DNA of 4,615 nucleotides from a virus (Duplodnaviria; Heunggongvirae; Uroviricota; Caudoviricetes): IMG/VR virus record IMGVR_UViG_2740892229_000014; one strand, 5' to 3'. Shown piece by piece: positions 1 to 4,615 of this stretch (position 1 is its first letter; each line of letters starts with the position of its first letter). The notes under the pieces were generated by a model. It saw only the letters and a program-made list of their open reading frames with translations, ran no database searches and was not told where the DNA came from. The position numbers and the translations under genes were made by a program.

Positions 1-162
1 ACAGGAATATGGCTCACTGCCTCTTTCACCATCTGCTCAATCATCGGACGCACATCATCGGGGGTGATACTTTTGCCGTCTGCCGGTACCGGAATATTCG
101 CAACCGCATCATTCACCGCCTTCTGCAGAACATCCGGATCGTAGTCACGACCGTCGCGCGGA
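1..162 (-). CDS. Continuation (partial, runs off window edge) of the coiled-coil/tandem-repeat protein gene that starts at 478
   Basis: Minus-strand frame with first full codon at 161..159 is open across the segment and translates to PRDGRDYDPDVLQKAVNDAVANIPVPADGKSITPDDVRPMIEQMVKEAVSHIP, the same two ~25-aa repeat types seen in 173..478. Phase relative to 173..478 cannot be fixed because of the N run. Confidence 0.5.
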
Positions 163-254
163 NNNNNNNNNNCGCCGGTACCGGTATTTTCCCGACCGCA
201 TCATTCACCGCCTGCTGCAGTACATCCGGATCATAGTCACGACCATCACGCGGA
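82..254. repeat. Imperfect direct repeat flanking an N gap: 82..162 vs 174..254 (81 bp each, about 9 mismatches)
   Basis: Aligned by eye: gccggtaccggaatattcgc...cgcgcgga vs gccggtaccggtattttccc...cacgcgga. In addition 1..~60 resembles 255..~314, reflecting tandem repeat units inside the gene. Confidence 0.8.
163..172. other. Assembly gap (10 N)
   Basis: Run of exactly 10 n characters. Confidence 0.97.
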
Positions 255-478
255 ACAGGGATATGGCTTGCTGCGTCCTTCACCATCTGCTCAAGCATCG
301 GACGCACATCATCACCCGTCACGCACTTCTGTAATACCACAGACTGAGAAGCCAGTTTTTCTTCAAACGTTTGTGCCTGCGCGGCTATTTTCTCCTCAAA
401 TGTACGCTGTAAATCCGCCAGCACCATGGCGAATTCTTCGCCCAGTGCACGAATAATGGACAGTTCCCGTTCCGTCAT
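173..478 (-). CDS. N-terminal segment (102 codons) of a coiled-coil + tandem-repeat protein of unknown function; possibly a scaffolding/decoration-type head protein
   Basis: ATG 478..476 overlaps the portal stop TGA 477..475 (ATGA). G-rich SD-like GGGGG on the minus strand at 494..490. Product MTERELSIIRALGEEFAMVLADLQRTFEEKIAAQAQTFEEKLASQ..., followed by repeats DDVRPMLEQMVKDAASHIPVP / RDGRDYDPDVLQQAVNDAVGKIPVPA. No family recognised. Confidence 0.65.
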
Positions 479-1003
479 TTTCGCAGTATCCCCCTGAACA
501 TCGCTTTCACCGCATCATGCTCTGTTTCACTGATTGCCTTATTACCGTCAGATGCGCCATCAGGCAGTTGTGCTGAGACTGTTTTCCCGGACGACGCGAA
601 CGGATCCTCACGGGCATCACGACGGGACAGCGCCTCCAGACTGTAGTTCTGCTGCTGAAGATACAGTGCATCACCGCCGGCAAGGGGCGGCAGGTTCTCA
701 CGTTTACGGGCCTCATTGGGCGTGAGAAGCGTATTTTTCACCGATTCACCCAGTGTTTTCATGCGCCGTTCGCTGTCCATTCTCAGCAGCGTGGTGACGT
801 CAAACTCCGTGCTCTCGTTTTCCCCCGTTTCCAGCGCCTCATCCAGTAACAGCTCAATGGACTCAATCAGCGTCTGCAGACACTGGGAATAATACTGCTG
901 CTCCAGCGCCTCCACGTTGTCACTGGAAGGCGGGTGGCCAACGCCAATCTTGTAGGCCGGGACACGGAACACCGAACAGACAATTTCAGCCGTCATTTTC
1001 AGT
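475..1003 (-). CDS. Phage portal protein, HK97-type, C-terminal segment (ends at stop 477..475)
   Basis: Translation ...KMTAEIVCSVFRVPAYKIGVGHPPSSDNVEALEQQYYSQCLQTLIESIELLLDEALE... contains the conserved portal motif resembling I-x-R-A-F-G-V-P of HK97-family portals; frame open from 1002 to the stop. Confidence 0.85.
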
Positions 1004-1098
1004 NNNNNNNNNNATCACTGGAGGGAGGTTGTCCCACACCAATCTTGTAGGCCGGGACACGGAACACCGAACAGACAATTTCAGCCGTCATTTTCAGT
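919..1098. repeat. Imperfect direct repeat flanking an N gap: 919..1003 vs 1014..1098 (85 bp, last ~53 bp identical)
   Basis: caatcttgtaggccgggacacggaacaccgaacagacaatttcagccgtcattttcagt is present on both sides of the gap; the preceding ~30 bp differ at about 8 positions. Confidence 0.85.
1004..1013. other. Assembly gap (10 N)
   Basis: Run of exactly 10 n characters. Confidence 0.97.
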
Positions 1099-1407
1099 TG
1101 TTCCACCGTCTGCGCATCCACCGGTGAAAACGTCGTGGGGTTATATTTCGCCCCGTTGCTCAGAATCGCCGTTTTCCCCGCATTTTCGCCGGTATACCCG
1201 CTGTCCCAGTTGCTCTTCAGTTTTTTCGCATTTTCTTCCGTAATACTGCCGGGGATCTCAATCACCCCGGACGGCCTGCCGCCATTTCTGAAAAAAGACG
1301 TTGAATTTGCCTGAATATGATGCCCCTGCGTGGCAGCCAGCCCGGCAGCATACACCGGCGGCAGCCCCACAAGCGGATGAAAAAAACAGTTAAACCGGTC
1401 GTGGATC
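1014..1407 (-). CDS. Phage portal protein, HK97-type, middle segment
   Basis: Frame open from 1406 to 1014: IHDRFNCFFHPLVGLPPVYAAGLAATQGHHIQANSTSFFRNGGRPSGVIEIPGSITEENAKKLKSNWDSGYTGENAGKTAILSNGAKYNPTTFSPVDAQTVEQLKMTAEIVCSVFRVPAYKIGVGQPPSSD. It overlaps in protein sequence with the segments on either side. Confidence 0.8.
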
Positions 1408-1684
1408 NNNNNNNNNNCTGTATTTTGCCCCGTTGCTCAGTATGGCCGTCTTCCCGGCATTTTCGCCCGTATATCCGCTGTCCCAGTTCCCCTTCAGTTT
1501 TTTCGCGTTTTCTTCCGTAATACTGCCGGGGACCTCAATCACGCCTGATGGTCGCCCGCCATTTCTGAAAAAATACGTCGAATTTGCCTGAATATGATGC
1601 CCCTGCATGGCCGCCAGCCCGGCGGCATACACCGGCGGCAGCCCCACAAGCGGATGAAAAAAACAGTTAAACCGGTCGTGGATC
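1141..1684. repeat. Imperfect direct repeat flanking an N gap: 1141..1407 vs 1418..1684 (267 bp, about 24 mismatches, ~91% identity)
   Basis: Aligned by eye base by base; both copies encode the same portal region with only 4 amino-acid differences (M/T, Y/S, V/I, G/S). Confidence 0.85.
1408..1417. other. Assembly gap (10 N)
   Basis: Run of exactly 10 n characters. Confidence 0.97.
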
Positions 1685-2211
1685 ACTTCCCGGGCAGGCA
1701 CCGTCACCGCCTCCGTGATCCCGCAGTTCCGGTCCGGCGTGATGCGATAGAACACCTCGCCGTCATCCGCCACCAGAGGTTCAACCCGGCTCCAGTCCAG
1801 AATACGCAGTTCTTTGATCTGCCCACGGGAGTTACGGATTTTCAGCACCACCGTATTGCCGTGACGCAGTTTGGCGTTCAGCCACAGTTCAAAAAACTGG
1901 ATACGATTCTGCTGTGCATTGGGACGACGACAGAGACGGGCAATATCCCCCTGCCGTTTTTCACGGCGGATCCCCTGTGTATCGGTCTGCATCAGGCGCA
2001 GTCGCATTTTGGCGATATCCTGGGATATCAGCGAAATGCAAGAAAACACCGCATGAAAGGAGAGGACACTTTCCGGATCGGCTTTCACTCCCTGCTGCCA
2101 GGCACCGGCAAAAGGCTCAGCCACCGCCTGAAACAGGCTGGTCCAGCCCACCTCTTTTACATCACGTCCTGATTTCTGGTTTTTTCGGGGTCGCCGCAAA
2201 AGGTTCCACAT
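1418..2211 (-). CDS. Phage portal protein, HK97-type, N-terminal segment (start ATG 2211..2209)
   Basis: MWNLLRRPRKNQKSGRDVKEVGW...DPESVLSFHAVFSCISLISQDIA...HDRFNCFFHPLVGLPPV...FFRNGGRPSGVIE...NWDSGYTGENAGKTAIL matches the conserved blocks of HK97-family portals as I remember them. In-frame TGA five codons upstream of the ATG; GGAG SD 8 nt upstream. Confidence 0.85.
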
Positions 2212-2378
2212 TCGCCATGCTCCGCATCACGTTTCTTTTTCTGACCTGCCGGACGTCGCGCTGTGATGTACTCCGCCTTCCCCAGGCGAACCAGCACCTC
2301 CGCACACGGCTGTGCCACATCACGGATATCCCCGGCCCGGGCATCATGCGTGCCCTGCAGATACTGGATTTTTGCCAT
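2157..2378 (-). CDS. Hypothetical small protein (73 aa) between the capsid and portal genes; its end overlaps the portal start by about 55 nt in another frame
   Basis: ATG 2378..2376 with an in-frame TAA two codons upstream; enteric-like codon choice (CTG, CAG, GCG, CGT) but no clear SD within 15 nt. Product MAKIQYLQGTHDARAGDIRDVAQPCAEVLVRLGKAEYITARRPAGQKKKRDAEHGE...; no family recognised. Confidence 0.35.
   Translation of the reverse strand: MAKIQYLQGTHDARAGDIRDVAQPCAEVLVRLGKAEYITARRPAGQKKKRDAEHGECGTFCGDPEKTRNQDVM
2220..2223 (-). promoter_or_regulatory. Putative Shine-Dalgarno (GGAG) for the portal ATG at 2211..2209, 8-nt spacer
   Basis: Minus-strand sequence gcGGAGcatggcgaATGtgg read directly. 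Confidence 0.45.
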
Positions 2379-2422
2379 CAGTTACTGCGGGAAGCTCGCG
2401 CCTCCCGCCCTCCTCATCAGAC

Positions 2423-3107
2423 TCAGCCGCCGGACGCAGTTCCGTAGTTCACACCGGTGATCACCGCCACCGCCGCAGTACGGCGACGACGCCAGTTGAT
2501 CCAGCGCTCCGCACGGATGGCCACGCTGCCGGTCTGGAACATGGAGACCAGCTCCACCGGTGACGGTGTGCTGCTGTCGCTGGTCGGTTCAGACTGCATC
2601 TCCAGTGACGCTTCACGGGACATATCCACCGCCACACCGCCGTCATCAGCCAGATAAATATCCGGTGCATTCACCAGTACCAGCTGGTCACCCACATACT
2701 GGGAGACAATCACCGGCAGCCCCTGGAAGGTCCCGCCCAGCAAGGTCATGTCCGGATATTCCTTCTGCCCCAGCGCATTTTTACGCATGGACAGCGCCAG
2801 GGCATTCGTGCTGGACATCAGCCAGACCGCACCGGTGGGCTGCAGATTTGCCGTCACAAACTGGCCAAACGCGGCCTCGGCATCCGCATCCGGGTTACCG
2901 GTTGATGCCGTGCCCTTCACATCATGGGTGATGGACGCCGGGGAGACATCCGCCACCGCCGCTTTTTTCGGGTCCACAAAGTCTGTGTCCAGACGCGCCA
3001 CCACCGCTTCTGCCAGCGCATTACGGACCAGCGCATCAGCTGCCGGACTGGAAAAACGGATCAGCTCTTCCGTCAGTACCGCAATGGCCGACACCTTCGC
3101 ATGACTG
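2423..3107 (-). CDS. Major capsid protein (HK97 fold), C-terminal segment of the protease-scaffold-capsid fusion gene (stop TGA 2425..2423)
   Basis: Frame open from 3106 to the stop: SHAKVSAIAVLTEELIRFSSPAADALVRN...LVLVNAPDIYLADDGGVAVDMSREASLEMQSEPTSDSSTPSPVELVSMFQTGSVAIRAERWINWRRRRTAAVAVITGV, ending with the R-A-E-x-R-containing C-terminal block typical of HK97-like capsid proteins. First ~70 aa duplicate the end of the segment beyond the gap. Confidence 0.85.
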
Positions 3108-3331
3108 NNNNNNNNNNATTACCGCTTGACGCCGTGCCCTTCACATCATGGGTGATGGACGCAGGGGAGACATCCGCCACCGCCGCTTTTTTCGGATCAA
3201 CAAAGTCTGTGTCCAGACGTGCCACCACCGCCTCTGCCAGCGCATTACGGACCAGTGCATCAGCAGCCGGGCTGGAAAAACGGATCAGCTCTTCCGTCAG
3301 TACCGCAATGGCCGACACCTTCGCATGACTG
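2894..3331. repeat. Imperfect direct repeat flanking an N gap: 2894..3107 vs 3118..3331 (214 bp, about 11 mismatches, ~95% identity)
   Basis: Aligned by eye; both copies encode SAIAVLTEELIRFSSPAADALVRNALAEAVVARLDTDFVDPKKAAVADVSPASITHDVKGTAS with a single T/S difference. Confidence 0.85.
3108..3117. other. Assembly gap (10 N)
   Basis: Run of exactly 10 n characters. Confidence 0.97.
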
Positions 3332-4569
3332 AAGGTAATGGATTCAAAATCAAACTTCGTCAGCGGTCTGGCCTTGCCCTCACCCACCCAGCCTGCAGCT
3401 CCGCCGGACACCTGGGCATGCACACGGATATTGAACGGAACCTGACGAAGGGCCGGGATCCCCCCCTGACCAAATCGCCCGATAATGGTCTGCGGACGCA
3501 GGTAATCAATAAAGTCCTGCGCATATTCCTGGTATTCAGACAGGCTGCCTGCCCACTGTGGATCTGTGGTGGTCCCCGCCCCCACCGCCGATTTCAGAAC
3601 ATGATGCAGACGGCTGTCATCCGGATACTGACGGCGGGCCACTTCCAGGGCTTCGGAGCGGACACCTTTAGCCGCGGCCAGCGATTTGGCAAAACGTGCG
3701 AAACCAATCCCCTTATCCAGTTTCTGCTCCACACGGATCACCGGCGCAGAGGCCACCGTCACCACGTCACCGTTACCAGCCTGTTTCACCGGCTGTGCCG
3801 TGGCGGCCTTACCGGCTTCCAGTTCACGCAGGCGCTTCAGGTGAGCATCCACCTGACGGATTTCCGCCGCGGTGTTGTCGTAGTGCTCCTCCTCCTCCAC
3901 ATCCAGCGTGCGGCCTTCCTCTGCGGCTTTGTTCATGATCTCCTCAAGGGAGGCTGCCAGCGCCGCACGCTTGTTTTCAAAACTTTTAATCTGTTCACCA
4001 ATATTCATTGCTGACTTTTCCTTATGAAAAAGGGTTTTTGACTGTGCCGAAGCGCCGGCAGAAGATGCTGTTTTCACCACCGGTTTCCGGTTGCCGGACG
4101 CGGCAGAAAACGGTCGGTCGAAAGATTTAATGGTCTGGATGGTGCATTCCGCATTCGCAGGAACGGTGACGGCAGATACCTCCATCAGCTCCCAGCGCAG
4201 AAAATGCATTCCGCCCCCGTCCAGAAAGGTGTATTCATGGGCCCGGAAGCCCACAGAAAGCCCCCTGACCAGCCCGGTCTTAATGGCTGCCCATGCCTCA
4301 TCCAGTCGGGCTGCCAGTTGCGACGGCATATCCGGTACGGGCTTCACCAGCGTTGCCGTGATTTCCAGCCCTTCCCTGCCCCGACGCACCGTACACTGGC
4401 CTACCGGGCGGGAATGGTCATGCTGCCAGAGAAACGGGATCGCACTGCCGAACTCCGCCCCCTCCGGCTCCAGGATGTCACCATCCCGATCCGGAGAAGG
4501 CGTTGACGCAATCCCGGTGATCACCCGTTCATCCTCACTGAAGGATTTCACCGTCAGCGTAAGCGTCAA
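3118..4569 (-). CDS. Prohead protease (HK97 gp4-like, Peptidase S78/U35 type) fused in frame to a scaffold(delta)-domain + major capsid protein; 5-prime segment (484 codons) up to the gap
   Basis: N-terminal ~150 aa carry the protease blocks ITGIAS...DRDGDILEPEGAEF...PFLWQHDHSRPVG...GLSVGF...MEVSAVTVPANAE. A low-complexity linker follows, then MNIGEQIKSFENKRAALAASLEEIMNKAAEEG... (coiled-coil delta-like domain) and the capsid body. No stop codon between the domains. First codon in the track is TTG at 4569..4567; there is no in-frame ATG upstream. Confidence 0.85.
4006..4023 (-). promoter_or_regulatory. Internal ribosome-binding site plus in-frame ATG (4008..4006) that would start the scaffold-capsid protein without the protease domain
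   Basis: Minus strand reads ttttcatAAGGAaaagtcagcaATGaatattggtgaacag; AAGGA at 4023..4019, 10-nt spacer, ATG in the same frame as the protease ORF (codon 188). Confidence 0.5.
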
Positions 4570-4590
4570 CGGAGCACCGTATTGACGCTT
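4561..4590. promoter_or_regulatory. Perfect 9-bp inverted repeat (aagcgtcaa / ttgacgctt, 12-nt spacer) overlapping the putative TTG start of the protease gene
   Basis: + strand 4561..4569 aagcgtcaa and 4582..4590 ttgacgctt are exact reverse complements; function unknown. Confidence 0.35.
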
Positions 4591-4615
4591 ATTTATTGGT
4601 GAGTACTACGTTCCA

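Noticed and set aside
1380-1386. A7 homopolymer inside the portal gene as a frameshift or phase-variation site
   Set aside because: The portal frame reads straight through it (NCFFHPL) in both duplicated copies; no frame change is needed.
2157-2225. Frameshift at the A6 run (T6 on + strand, 2180..2185) joining the 73-aa ORF to the portal
   Set aside because: The portal frame has its own SD+ATG at 2211 and an N-terminus of normal length for HK97-type portals; the sequence around the A run is not a canonical X-XXY-YYZ slippery heptamer in the upstream frame. A sequencing indel cannot be fully excluded without reads.
2379-2422. Rho-independent terminator after the capsid stop codon
   Set aside because: Only a weak 5-bp stem (gggag / cttcc) with no following U-run; not convincing.
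82-3331. Gap-flanking repeat pairs as template/variable repeats of a diversity-generating retroelement
   Set aside because: Mismatches between copies involve all base types and are mostly synonymous rather than adenine-specific; no reverse transcriptase is present; repeats coincide exactly with contig ends.
82-3331. Repeats as a CRISPR array or other regularly spaced repeat array
   Set aside because: Only two copies each, of different lengths (81-267 bp), all inside protein-coding sequence and all adjacent to N runs.
3148-4014. Long + strand ORFs (for example 3148..4014 288 aa, 1594..2172 192 aa, 1914..2447 177 aa, 4091..4585 164 aa, 2560..2931, 9..236)
   Set aside because: All lie antisense to minus-strand genes that have recognisable phage protein motifs; their products are R/P/H/C-rich low-complexity sequences typical of shadow ORFs in GC-rich coding DNA, with no recognisable motifs.

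Overview
The whole 4.6-kb window reads as one minus-strand block of tailed-phage head-morphogenesis genes (prophage or phage-derived element); nothing convincing is encoded on the + strand. In transcription order (high to low coordinates): (i) an HK97-type prohead protease fused in frame, with no stop codon, to a scaffold(delta)-domain plus HK97-fold major capsid protein (4569 down to 2423, interrupted by a gap); (ii) a 73-aa ORF of unknown function; (iii) an HK97-type portal protein (2211 down to 475, interrupted by two gaps); (iv) a coiled-coil/tandem-repeat protein whose ATG overlaps the portal stop (478 down to the window edge). Four runs of exactly 10 N split the window, and each is flanked by direct repeats of 81-267 bp at roughly 89-95% identity with mostly synonymous differences. 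The simplest reading is a scaffold stitched from overlapping contigs of two diverged but functional copies of the same module, so the window is probably chimeric. I see no tRNA/rRNA, CRISPR array, integrase, toxin-antitoxin or recognisable defence system. Worth follow-up: the non-canonical gene order (capsid gene directly upstream of portal), the protease-capsid fusion with an internal in-frame SD+ATG, and the unrecognised repeat protein after the portal. All family assignments are motif recognition by eye, not database searches. Coordinates follow the supplied ORF track, which counts alternative start codons as M.
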